A stretch of 64,000 bases of DNA from positions 135,470,001-135,534,000 of the forward strand of contig JBITNC010000001.1 of assembly GCA_050084985.1 (NCBI GenBank), written 5' to 3'. The DNA is from Nageia nagi (lineage: Eukaryota; Plantae; Pinophyta). The notes beneath the pieces are model-generated. The model searched no databases. It had not been told where the DNA came from and saw only the letters and a program-made list of their open reading frames with translations. Shown in pieces: positions 13,812-26,603 of the stretch. The translations under genes and the position numbers were made by a program. Positions within the stretch are counted from its first letter, which is position 1. Each line of letters starts with the position of its first letter.

Positions 13812-15163
13812 TGATATGAAACCCTACTTTAGGATTTAATTTGGATCTTCACACTTTATCCATTTTAGTGCTTACAAAAATAAAAATGCATACAAAATTA
13901 TGTACACATATATTTACCTTGATTCAAATAATTTGGTATACATCTAGCAAACAACAATCCATTATTATAGAGTCCATTTTACAATGTCAATTGTATGATC
14001 CTTCTTACTTCACTCTTTTATTTATCAAAGTTGAATCACACAATCACTGTAGGCTCTCCATTGAATCCCTTTCTTGAATATGACTCTCTTTTCAATTAAA
14101 TTCCTTTAGCATAGTTCCACATCTCTTTTCTCTTGATGACATATTTATAAACTACTCTTTTTCTTTTTTCTTTCCATCATGGCGATTATGTCATCCACAT
14201 CTTTCTACATGGCAATAATCTTGTCCATGTTCTTTTTCCTTCTTCTATGTAAGCTTGAAATGTACCTCCAATATTACTCTCATGGTTTTGTTATTTTTCA
14301 TGGAGTTTATAATAAAATATATTCTTATACATTATTTTCAAACCTACACTAACTCACTTCCTTTGAGAGGAAATCCACACTAAAGGACTTAACTTTTTTT
14401 ATACTCCATGTTCCCTTTTATAACATTAAGGGATTACAAATATGGAGTTTATGGTTACATAGTGATAAGATAATATTTATTATTTTTCCTCCTTTAAAAT
14501 ATTATATCTCATCCTCACAATAATAATCTCCCTCATTTGTATTCATGTAGCATTTTTTGGCCTCATATGGTTATATTCTCTTATCTTTTTGGATTTTGCA
14601 AAATTGTCAAAACTATTTCTAGTGCCATTTTGGAAAGACCACACTTTCATGACCATAATTCTAAATGTAACTAAATTTCAACAAGGTTTTTTTTTATATA
14701 TGTAGCTTAACTGATTAATTTCCATACTTTAAATCCTTATTAGTAGCTCCAAGCATCATCATCAAGTTGGCATCCAATGCAGATTTGCACCTGGCAGTTG
14801 TCAAAATTTTAACCAAGTCATGAATGCCATAAATTTCAATTATTTAATCCAAATTTCTTCAAATTTTAATACCATGTTAATAATAATACAAGTTACCAAT
14901 TATTCAAATTTCAATCTATAAATCCACTTGATATGCTTCTGGTCAATTCATCAATAAAGCTTTCCATGCATATTTTACATTTTTTGTATATTTAACTCCA
15001 AATTTTGAAAAGCCATAACTTACAAATCATAGCTTCATTTTATTATCCATTTGAAGCATTGGAATAATGGAATAGAGCTTTTTAATATGGAATATAGCAA
15101 TCAACAAAATTAAGAACTTGAAAAAATAACTTTTTTTAAGACTCCAAAATCCATTTTAGATCA
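13812..15163 (-). repeat. 5' LTR (LTR family A, copy 2)
   Basis: Colinear with the other two copies; the adjacent PBS sets the orientation. Confidence 0.9.
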
Positions 15164-17329
15164 AAGAATCATAAATATTGAAGCAAAAAAGATCACCTAA
15201 AAATTATAATTTAAAACATTTTTAATTTGTATATACTCCATAATTCCTATGGGAAATCATAAAAGTAAAAATACATGAATAATTTTTTTATGATTTAAGG
15301 TACATCAAAGGATGGTGTGTGTTTGTAGGTATTTTGTTTTATACTTTATCGGATAAATGTGACCATTATTTTCCTAGTGTACATTTATAAGACAAAGATG
15401 GGTTCACCAATATGTAGATATTTCAAATAAATATATAATTAAATAAAATAAATTTTTATCATGAAATAAAGAGCATAAATGTTAATAAAACATATAACAA
15501 TAGAGTATATACTAACAATATTGATATAGTAAAAGTAAATTATGCCCTAGTTATTGGATTTAATTTAAAAACTATGAGAAAGAGATGTAAGAGAATGTAT
15601 CAACCACCTTTCCTAGATGAGTGATTATATGCATATACCTAAACTTACCTTAAAAGTATGATCTTTGGATGTGGAACTCAATAATGATGATAGTGCAACA
15701 TAAGAGAATGGACATTAAGAACAATGTGGATGCTATAGAAAATACCAAGGCTACTCCCTCTATAGAGTTGTCCATTTAAGTAACATCCCATGTAGTATAA
15801 TAATTATAACAAGCCAAATCTATCATTTAATTAAATATGAATTATATATGCTCATGTGAATAGCATATCCTAATCTCAATAGGTAGTGTAGAGATACACC
15901 TTAGCTTTTTTATATTTAAGCTTGACTATCAAGACTAAAATTTTATAGTCTTCTCATGTTACCTTACCTCCTTTTATAGGCATAATAACCACCATAACCC
16001 ATGCCTATAGAAGAGAACTAATGCTAGGGTTCTTGAACACAAAAAGAGAAACAACATGATAAGAATAAATAAGTTGTCTTAAATGATAATAATATGAGAT
16101 ATAGTATTAAAATAAACTATATTACCCATTAAGTAATACAATAAATAATTAAGAACAAAAGCTTTCCAAATTAGGTGTCAACAATGATACATATAATCTT
16201 TCATGTATCCCAATATGTCTTCTACTTATATATCAAAATATGAAGATTTATTACCTATTCAATTTCAAAGAGTACATAAATAAAATCAAGTTAAATAAGG
16301 ATAAAATAATAGTTAATATGATAAAAAATAATATTTTTGATTCAAAGTAAATTTAACTCATGTTGTTAAATTCTATACTAATAATTGGACCTATTCTCAA
16401 CAAGTCATATCCCTATTCTTGGTGTAAACACCCCCACTCTTTTACAACCACTTCTCAAACCTTATTTTTCTTATGAGAATCCATAATAGCTATAATTATT
16501 GGTGTATTCAAAAATATTAAAAACTATTCATTTTAAAATACATCTTATAATATCTATAAACAAATTCTAGATTTAGTATTTCTTAATTGGTTAATGTTAT
16601 CAAATAACCATCTCTAAGAGATGGGGTATGATGACTCTTTATGGACTCTAGAATCTACAAAGAATGATTAAGGTAATCAAAGGCTTCCCAAACTATCTTA
16701 GTGTTAATTAGGTCATTTTGGAAATGTGAGGACACCTCTTATGAAATTGTTGGGTAAATATATTTGAGATTAAATAAAATATTAAGGTGTCAAAGAAAAA
16801 AAATGGTTGAATCATTTATTTTAGGAGCTCTAGACTTGTAAGATAATTTAAGGTAAGGCTCTCTTTCTCAGTGGGGGGAAATACACACAACCTTAGATTC
16901 ATTAAGTTTGTGACATCATTTATAATTTTCCATGTCTATGGGATAAGAAATTTAAAAGGACCCAATCCCAAGCCCTTATGTAGTTGAAATCATCATCTTA
17001 CACACTAGTAAGTTTAAAAGCATCAATTCTCGACCATGTTTTGACTATAATATTACTAATGAAAGTGAGTTCCCCCAATAACACAAAAAATACTAATTAT
17101 TGTTCCATGAAATTATATGATATTAGAGTTTCAAACTTTAACTCTAGTAAGCTTATTGCTATACCTTTCCCACATTTGATGTCATCAATTATGATCTTAG
17201 TACTAAGTGAAAATAGATGTTGAAATAAGACCAAATGACATCATCAAAACAAAGCCTCACTCCAGCCAACATATTCTCACGTTAGGAGAACATTGACATC
17301 ACCTTAAGTAATAACATTTTGCATGAGGA

Positions 17330-18760
17330 AAGGCACATAAATGTTTAATGGAATTCCTTATCAATGTGGCCTCCTAAGCTATAGTAATCTAAAGATATGT
17401 ATGAAATGATTTTTGGGAAAGGCTCTAGAAACTCTTAAGCAAGTGTAATTATCAAATATAAAGCCAAATTATGTAATCCTTGCTAGTATATTCCACTATG
17501 GAAGCTCATAAATAAGGTATGGAAATGCATCAATAATTAGTTCAAAATGTCTTCATCAAATATTATTATCATGAATGCAATTATAGACATGTACAAAAAA
17601 TGTAGGAGAATAAACTAGGAACACACATTACTTGATGTAATGCTTTATCAAAATGTAGTATCATATATTACATTAATTGCATGATGTGTATAAAATATGT
17701 TGCTAAAAAAGGCTCTAAATATTTTAAGATGATGCAATTGATAGATGTAAAGAAAAAATGTCAGCATTATTCTAGTGCATGCCACCATGGGAACTAAAGT
17801 AACATGATAAAGCCTAAGAATTGTTTGACATAGTGCTTCATCAAAATGTCATCATATGTATTGCAATGATCTTATAATATGTATATAATGGGTTTTTAGA
17901 AATGTTATGGAAACTTTTGAGCAACCATAATTATCAAATACAAAGCATAACTATGCAACCTAGGTCACATTTCTTCCTAGCATATGCCATCATTGAAGCT
18001 CATAAACAAGGTATGGAAATCCACTAAGGAGTATTTCAAAATAGTTCATTAGATATCATGGTTGAGAATTACACTATAGACATATAGACAACATTTATAA
18101 TAATAAACTAGGACCAATAATTATTTGACAAGGCACGTAATGCATACTCAATATCATAGAATGAAATGATTAGAGAATACATAATTCATGGCTACAACAA
18201 GGATGCTCTTTGACTATCCAATCTGATGAACCATTCAAAAATCATAAAAACTATCCCAAGCCTTCTCAATCACTGATTTCATCGATAACATTGATCAATC
18301 TCAGTAAAAACATTCTTAAGTTCTCCCATCACATGATGTTAACCAAAACTTAAAACATGCTTAGGAAGACATGAATGCGAAATTATAAGGCATGAGAATT
18401 TCTTGATATAATATATAATACAAACATTATTTCTAGGAATGAAATGATCACATGATATGCATAAAATGAAAATAAAGGAAGGGCTCATTAATTATTTTAT
18501 ACAGTGCCTTATCAAATGCAATTGCATGGATAGTAGTAACCATAGGATATTTATGAAATGGGTCCTAAGAAAAGACTCTAGAAACTTTTAAGAAGGTGTA
18601 ATTATCAAATTCAAAGTGAAACTATGTAACTTGTGTCATATTTCTTTCCACCATATACCACCATAGAAGCTCATGAGAAGGAATTAAGATCCATCAATGA
18701 GTAGTTGGGAATAGTTTTCATCAAATATTATGGCTATTAATGCTTGAGAGGACACATATG
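17330..18760 (+). pseudogene. PLS-class pentatricopeptide repeat (PPR) gene fragments, copy 1
   Basis: KALETLKQV*LSNIKPNYVILASI; GMEMHQ; SSNIIIMNAIIDMYKKCRRI; QNVVSY; HGYNKDAL. These match P/L/S motif consensus (NALVDMYAKCG; NVVSW..MI.GY). Many stops and deletions. Confidence 0.88.
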
Positions 18761-20519
18761 GTGGGATAATAGAACAAATACATAAATAAAATAACAAGAT
18801 ACAAATTCAAACTCAATTTTGTTTACTACAATAGGCACAATATGGAAAAGTAGGCTCCTGATAGCATAAATAAGTGAATACGTGTGAACATCGATAATAG
18901 AGAGTTACTTCCCCATGAACATAGCTAAAGTTGGTAATTATATTCTAGTTGTTAAATAATTCCCTATGACTATTATTTGAGCTATGAAAGACCATAAAGT
19001 ATGCATTTACCTCCATGTTATAATCAAATTTATATTTCAAGTTATTGTACTTTGCAATTGACACTTATTAACCTTCAAAGGTGTTGAATAGAGATCATGA
19101 GAAGTAGTTGTAGACCTCCTAGAAGTTAAAAAAATTACAAAATAAAGGATCAACATCATGATATATTTAATAGGTGGAATTAAAATTATTTTTACAACAA
19201 ATTATGATATCTTCATCAATCCAATTTGTAGTTTTATACCTATATTAATATTTCTTATAGCAACAATGCCAACAAGTAAAAGTTTAACTCCCAATAACAC
19301 TACAAAGTGATAATGGCAATCCCACTTGACATGCATAGTTCTTGGACTTGAATTTCATTTATTTAATAATTATCACAAATAAATTCCATGCACAATACAT
19401 GTTGTTACAATTTTGAACATAGACTTTAATCTAGAGATGAAGGTTGTGCATGATGAGAATAGTCTAAGTTAATCAAATCATGCATGAAGCATGAAGGGTT
19501 CCACTCTAGTGGCCTATAAGTAATCTTAGATAACAATTTAGGTTTATTAAAATTTATTTTCTTATTGTAAATAACATGATTACCTATTTTTGTAGTAGAA
19601 CTAGAGGTAGTGTAGAAATAGGAGTAGTTCAGGATTAGATGTTTATTTTTAGGTAACCAACTCATCTATTATAAATAGATTCTAAAATGTAATAAAGGGG
19701 AATTTGATTACTTAGAATTTATCCTTTATTAATGGAAAATTTATTATTTATATTTAAATTGAGTGTGGATGTGTTTACCCTTTTATTTCAATGTTTGTGT
19801 TTTATGATGCTTAAATGGTTGAATCTGGAAGATTCTTCCTATATCCCAAATAGTGGTGGTTGATATTATATTGGTTGTTGTGCCTCTCTCTCTTGTTTTA
19901 GATAGGTGGGTTTATGTTAATTCATGGCTATTATCTAGGTATTCTTCCCATGGTTTTGATTTTATCTACTAGAAGCTTGGGTTGGTCCTATTCTCCACCA
20001 TTTCCTATTCCTTAATTATATCCCTACACTTCTCTAAGTAGTAGAATCTTTATGATGTCTTTTTCCTCTCTTTCTTGTATCTCCTAACCTTGACCAAAAG
20101 GCTCTCTATGCCCATTAGAGTAGACATCAACCTAACAAAATCATAATTGAACTATGAATCCCTAATCCAAGGAAAATTTTATCCATGAATCTTCGCTTAT
20201 AAGTGAATCTTTGAATTATCAAAACACATTTTTAGCAATATTTTTCACCACAAGCTACCATGAAGTCATAAAAAAATTACAAAATTTTCAAAATATTAAA
20301 GTCATCTCACCAAATAATTATATGCCTTAAATAGATTTTAATATTCATTTGATGATAGGATGACTAAGATTATAGAGAGAATCATCAAATATTTATACCC
20401 TTTTTATGTATCCTAAAATCAAATTGCCAAACATCCATGCAATAGTGATCCATTCGATATTTTTCATCATTTTGATATTAGTTATATATCAACTTTTGGA
20501 TGCATTCTATGGTTTCTTA

Positions 20520-20650
20520 TAATTGTTTGATTGTATGATGCAACAATTCAATTACATTTTATAATCATTTGTAACCATTTGATTGTAGCATGCAACCATT
20601 TGATTGCATGCTGCAACCATTTGGTTGCATGATTCCATTGAATAGTTACA
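20520..20650. repeat. 21-bp palindromic subterminal array of hAT1 (TGCAACCA motif)
   Basis: Units like TGCAACCATTTGATTGCATGC; perfect arms TGCAACCA-TT-TGGTTGCA at 20612-20629. Confidence 0.8.
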
Positions 20651-20763
20651 AGTTTTAGTCTCTACAATCTATTATATATGAATTTTGAAGTAGCTATTGT
20701 GATTTGATGTAAGATTTTCATTTTTAAGGTGCTTGAAAAATTTAAAATTCTCAAAAAGGTTTT

Positions 20764-22606
20764 ATGGAATCAAACAAATGTGAAAATAATGGTTGCAGCA
20801 AATCAAAGAAAAATATATTATCATATTTGGACAAAATAAATTGATCTTCAATCCTCATCAAATTTGAAAATTGTAGGTACATCATCTTATATTTATTTTG
20901 AAAGGTGAATGATCTATAGTATTTCCATTTTCATTTACTAATTGTGTTTATGTTTCACTTATAGATTATGAAGCTCCCCAATCTTTTCCATCCTTAGAAG
21001 TCATAAATATGATATATAAAGAAGATGGAATTGATGATGATTTGTAAATTCCACCATCAAAATATGCTCTTAACAATGAAAAAATTGGATATTCTAGTGA
21101 TTACCTTGATGCTTCAGGTTCAAAGGTCCATACATCATAAAATTATCACTAACAAGAACTGACAATTTGCAAAATCCTAAAGGTATTGATCCTAATGAAA
21201 AGTATGGTCAAGAAATAAAACATCAAAAAAGAAGTATATGGACATTAAAAGGATGTTTTTGCTTTGATTTGCCTATAAAATATCCTTTCATTGAACCCAT
21301 AATAATAGAATATGGTAGTGAACTAACTAAATGTAGGTGCAAAATATGTAGTTGAAAACTTTGAAGAGAGCATCAAATGCAATTAAAGATAGGCATAATT
21401 GATAAACATTGCAAAAATGTATACTACACATGAAAAATATAAAGATGGTAATGAAGTGAAGAAAATGAGAATGAAAATTGAGAAAGAGTGCAATCATTTA
21501 AAGTATAAATTTGAATATAAAAGTTTTTTCAAATAACAAGAATGACTTCATGACAAGTGTGCAACTATTTCTGCCCAAACTAAAAAATTAATAGACACTC
21601 AATTGATAGCCAAAAGAGTACAATTTTGCATTGTATTACATATATTGAAAAATGGAAAACCGATGGTAGATTATTCAAACTATAGAATTCTATATCAAAA
21701 AATTGGTATTAAAATCATTCCATAATCCCACTGGTCTAAATCAAGCGATTGGGAAATTGTAAATTATTTGGCAATGATTGAGAAGGAATATTTTAAATAA
21801 AATGTTAAAAAGAAAAATTTATTTCACTTTCTATTGATGAGGTTACAACAATATATAACACATCATGGATTTGTATGCATGTTTACATATTTGATAGTCA
21901 GACAAGGTAGACATATTTATGTTTTATAGATACTATGAAAGAAAAATGTAATATAGAAAAAATATATAAATTAGTCATTTCCAATTTAAAAATATTGTAA
22001 AAATGAATGATCTTTCAATTTCTTCAAAACTAATATGTGTATGTGCTAATGGTGCAACTATAATGCAAGGAAGTCAAAAAGGTCTTTGTGTAAGACTACA
22101 AATAATAATTTCTCCTTATATGATGATTGCCATGCATTGCATGGCTCATAGAATGAATCTAGAAAATAAAATTCTTAGCACTAATGATCACATTGCAAAT
22201 GTTAAAGATCTAATTCAAGATTTTTATGCTTATATATCAAATAGTCCTAACCAATACCAAGAATTTCAATATTTTTTCTAAGGCATAAAAAATGAAAAAA
22301 ATAACTAAAATATGTTGAAACTATATGGATTTCACTTTATAAACTTGCATGTAGAGTGTTGGAAGAGTATCAATCACTGACTGGGTTTGTATTTAAACAA
22401 AGATGATAAGTTGACAAAGCAAAAAGATCTATTAGAATGTTTAACATATTTAGAAATAAATAACTTCATTATTTCATAAATATATGGAAACTTTTATCAA
22501 ATATTTCTATCAAACTGTTAATATCAATGGAGCTAAACTAGACAATATTCTCCAAAAGGATTTATTAGTTAAATAATCTACTCATTTTGTAATTACAATG
22601 AGTGAT
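20764..22606 (+). pseudogene. hAT transposase (ZNF862/ZMYM-like type), decayed, internally deleted and cut by an LTR at 22607
   Basis: KYPFIEP...CRCKIC zinc-finger-like start; FISLSIDEVT (first catalytic D); CANGATIMQG (second D position); HCMAHRMNL (CxxH); probable GT-AG intron near 20905-20964. Confidence 0.88.
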
Positions 22607-23343
22607 TGTATATGGCTAAGTATGATTTATTATTTATTTAATAAATCATATTTAGACTTCCTAAATGAGCTAATGCAATATTCCATATGTCAAGTTGATA
22701 TTACAATGTAATGCCATGCATTATATTAAATGCTATATCATTTATCATGGTTTATATTTTAAACTATCTTGAATATAACAAAGTTTATATTATTACTAAA
22801 GGTTGGCCTTCACTCCTTTTTATATCCTTCCATGCTATATAAGTGAGTGGAATAGGTACACCTCCATAAATATGAACTCTTTGATATGATAAGAACTTTG
22901 ATAGGTGGTTTTCAACCACAATCTTCATCAAGCTATGGTATCTTTAGATTCCACCTATCATGAGAAATTGTTATACTCTAGGCTCTAAACTTTCTATCTT
23001 TTATGTATAATATAATTTGGCATATCTCATGTAGTCAACAGTGTGCTTCTCTTATGACAATGATAGTGTGTGCTTTCTAGATCAAGAGTTCCAAATTTCA
23101 ATGGTCGAGCTATTGATTTATGTACATGAAGATCTATCATGAGCTCACCATGGATTTGATCCCAATCCTTCAAATATTCATTATTACTTATTATTGAGGA
23201 TTGCACATACACTTCATATTAGGTTCATGTATTTCATGTATATTTGTTATAATTTGATATATTGTATATTATTTATTCCTCCATATATTAGAGATCATTT
23301 ATTTATTATGTATATTCATATTTAACATAATTTGAGGTATATA
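22607..23343 (+). repeat. 5' LTR of a nested non-chromovirus gypsy element
   Basis: Begins TGTATA where transposase homology stops and ends TATATA (TATACA with C>T), 3 nt before a PBS. Internal hairpin at 22616-22655. Confidence 0.75.
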
Positions 23344-23346
23344 TTT

Positions 23347-23359
23347 TGGTGAACCCGAC
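23347..23359 (+). other. Primer binding site complementary to the tRNA-Trp 3' end
   Basis: TGGTGAACCCGAC is the reverse complement of ...GUCGGGUUCACCA, the plant cytosolic tRNA-Trp(CCA) 3' end as I recall it. Confidence 0.75.
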
Positions 23360-23629
23360 ATTCTTACATACCTAGATCCTGATCTAGGGCATCCCTACTA
23401 TAGATTCATGAATCCATTTTCATTATTATCTCTTCCCTTACCTAAGGTACTTAGAGTAATACCTAGAGAAAATGATAAAACTAGGGTTTATTCTACCTAT
23501 GTTTCAAAGATAGATCTAAAATAAGAATAACCTAGGGTTTCTAAAAGTAAGCTTCATTTTAATGATATCAAGAGAATTCTTAGGGTTAACCCTGATTTAC
23601 CTCTACAAGAACCTAATATTAATGATAGA

Positions 23630-25670
23630 ATGGATACTAATAAATATAGTGATATTGAATCTCTAAGTTCTAGTAAAAAGATAGATATTATTGGACAAAC
23701 TCCTAATAGGCTTAATGTGTCTATAGATGACTATGATTTTGAAAATGTAAGTTTGAGAAGCCATAATGATACTTCTAATAGTGATGTTGAAATTAAAGAG
23801 CTAGATAGAATTCTTAATCATGTTAGATTAATAAAGGAATTTCTATCTAATAAAGAAAAGTTGGAATATTATCTTACTAATAATGCAAAAAATATTATTG
23901 ATATTCTAACCAAGTATGAGTTATTAGAAGCATATTCTACAACTTCAAAGTCCTTGGATAGCTTATTCCCTTATGAAAATACAATTTCTACAAAAAGGAG
24001 GGTTTCTACTATCAATAAAGATGTCACCAATGACATACAATACTATATACATGCTGCTAGCAACATGGAGGAAGAGAATACTAAACCTCAAGATGAAGTA
24101 ACCATTGAAGATGTTGATGAGGAAGGTGAAGATGAATTCACATACCTAACTATCAACCTTGTAAATCATACTATAGGTATGCTTCTTGATAAAGGTAAGG
24201 GCATTGGGATTAATGAGGAAATTATAGTAGATATTGCTAAACAACTTTCTACTATCATTAATAATGCTTATGAGCATAATCCTAGATGGTCAAAAGAAGA
24301 ACACGAAATAAAACTGGATGCTCTTTTTGATAATCAATATGATGATTGTTTTCAAAAAGCTAATGAAGAACAACAACTAGAATTTATGCTAAAATTGGTT
24401 GACAAACTTGAACATGAAAAGCTACATAGAATTAGGCCATTTTTACAACTAAAAGAAGTTGAATTTAGAAAGGAAAAATCAAATACAATTCCACTCAAAT
24501 TAACACTATACCACCATAAACCCCTCAACCACCCCTGAAGGATAATATACCTATAGTTCAAAACTAGCAACCAACACAAACTTTTGTAGTATCAAATAAA
24601 GGAAAAATACTAAATGAACAAATTGCGAAATTATAATAATTACTTAATGATGATGAAGATGATTTCTTATTTTGTTTAAAACATTTGTTGACTGGTAGAA
24701 TTGTTTCTAAATTGCTTGTTGGTAAAAAAAATGTCAAATTTACAAAATTTGATGGTTTGCAAAATCCAAAAATGGATGTTAGAAAATTTTAGGATGAAGC
24801 TATGGAATATATTCATGATAAAGATATTCTTGAAAAATTATTTTCAAGTAGTTTAAAAGATGATGCACTAAATGGTATTTTACTCTTCCTAAAAAGAGTA
24901 TTGATAAATAGGAAGATTTGATACATCAATTTTTGTGAAATTTCATATATAATATTGCAAAAAAATTTCAATTCAAAGACTTATACAAAATTAAGCAATT
25001 GCCTAAACAATCTTTATCTGATTTTGTAAAAATATGGAAACAAACTACAAATAAGATTACTATGCCTAAGAAAGATTTAAAGGACACTTTTGAAAATTCT
25101 TTATTACATATGTATAAATTATTGGTTATCTCTAACCATGATTTGACATTAACTAAAATGATAGATATTTTATTTAAAAAGGAAGATTGAATGAAGAAAC
25201 TTTATAATATACACTTGAAAAAATCTCAAGTGCATGAAAAGAAAGATAAATATTAAATGTATGAAAAGAAAGCTAAACCTTAGTTATATGAAAAGAAACC
25301 AAAAATTGCTACACCTAACATTGAGAGAAGAAATAATAGACCACAAAGTTTACAAGGCTAATCGATATTGTTGATAATATTCTCAATGTGTTATTAAAAT
25401 AGGAACTTATTGACCTTCCATTAATGGTTTAGAATCACTTTCCTAATGATGTTCCTAAAAATTATAGGTATGAGGAATTTTGTAATTATCATAAGATACC
25501 AAGGCATCTAATAAGAAATTGTAGGGTCTTAAGGAATATCATTTAGGATTTTATTAACAAGAAAGCAATTTGGATGGATGATCATACTATACCAAATGAT
25601 GGGCCTATACACCCTAATAATGAATAATTAGAGATAATTACAAATCCATTACCAAGAAAAACCCAACAAC
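23630..25670 (+). pseudogene. Tat/Ogre-type gag, truncated (open N-terminal 302 aa at 23630-24538, decayed capsid and zinc knuckle)
   Basis: Downstream of the LTR and PBS. KLFSSSLKDDAL.WYFTLPKKSIDK*EDLIHQF capsid motif; FCNYHKIPRHLIRNCRVLRNII*DFINK knuckle. No pol follows. Confidence 0.82.
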
Positions 25671-26551
25671 TAAGGGGATTCATTAGTTTGGTAAGTCATT
25701 CACTATGTATATGTTATTATTTCTCTCATAAGGATGGATGTAGGAAATAGTGGCAACAAATTAAATAGAGCCAACACAAAACAAAAAATGGAAAGGACTA
25801 TGAAAAAAATGTTGCTAATGATGTGCATGCATGTTTGCACGTAGCCAATGGTGTGACATACACTACCAAGAAGGCACTTCTTTTTGTGCTTGCATCTACA
25901 AACTATGTCTGGGTTGTAAAACCTTCCTAGATACCCAAAGTCATTACTTAAAGTATAATAAAATTCAAATGGTAGTGTTTATTAGATAGGTTTTTATTAG
26001 AGATGAAACATGTATTGTTTAAGATCAAAAGAGATAATTCATTAGTTTATTGGTCTTCCAGTTATACTCTAAAACCCACACCATTGATAGCATACAATCT
26101 GATTATACACTGCTAACAATGTGCATTTCCTAGACTAGAATAAAAATGAATAGTATATTATTTATCCTAAATTTCTATTGAAGTGTTTTAAAAGTGTACA
26201 TCAAGTTTTAGGTTGGCTAAAAAGAAAAAAACTTGTTTGTGTTCATTATTGCAATATTAACAATTTATTCATTTTCTAGTTAAACTCTAACATTAAGTAT
26301 TACTTATACATCATTATGGATATATTAGTGAGGTTTAATGAATAGGTAACTTCAGGTCATTTTGTTCATTAAATATGAGTTACAAGATATGTATGGTTTA
26401 TTGTTAATAACTTTTATATTTATTCTTTGATATTTAAATTACAAATTACAAAAGTATAAATCTGACACAACTAGATCATCCATCCATAATATAAAGCATA
26501 AACTTAAAACATACATCCAAAATTGTAAACAAGAAATGGATCCAAAAAGAA

Positions 26552-26555
<4 letters not shown>

Positions 26556-26600
<45 letters not shown>
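26556..26600. repeat. (TA)n microsatellite
   Basis: 45-bp perfect run. Confidence 0.98.

Positions 26601-26603
<3 letters not shown>

Larger units (their letters stand above)
11931..15163 (-). mobile_element. Non-autonomous LTR retrotransposon (large-TRIM-like or internally deleted): two ~1.35-1.38 kb LTRs around a 503-bp internal region
   Basis: Direct repeats 11931-13308 and 13812-15163 with TGAT...ATCA ends. TSD AATAA (11926-11930) / AAGAA (15164-15168). The minus strand has a degenerate Met-type PBS and a PPT. Confidence 0.88.

Noticed and set aside
15169-16592. AT-rich segment between the LTR element and the array (also 11042-11930 and 54650-56940)
   Set aside because: No motif, terminus or repeat that I could support; probably older TE debris.
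17330-18760. Functional PPR gene
   Set aside because: Many stops, frameshifts and shared deletions in all three copies; no E/DYW domain recognised.
23630-24538. 302-aa ORF as a host gene
   Set aside because: It lies after an LTR and PBS and leads into gag capsid motifs.
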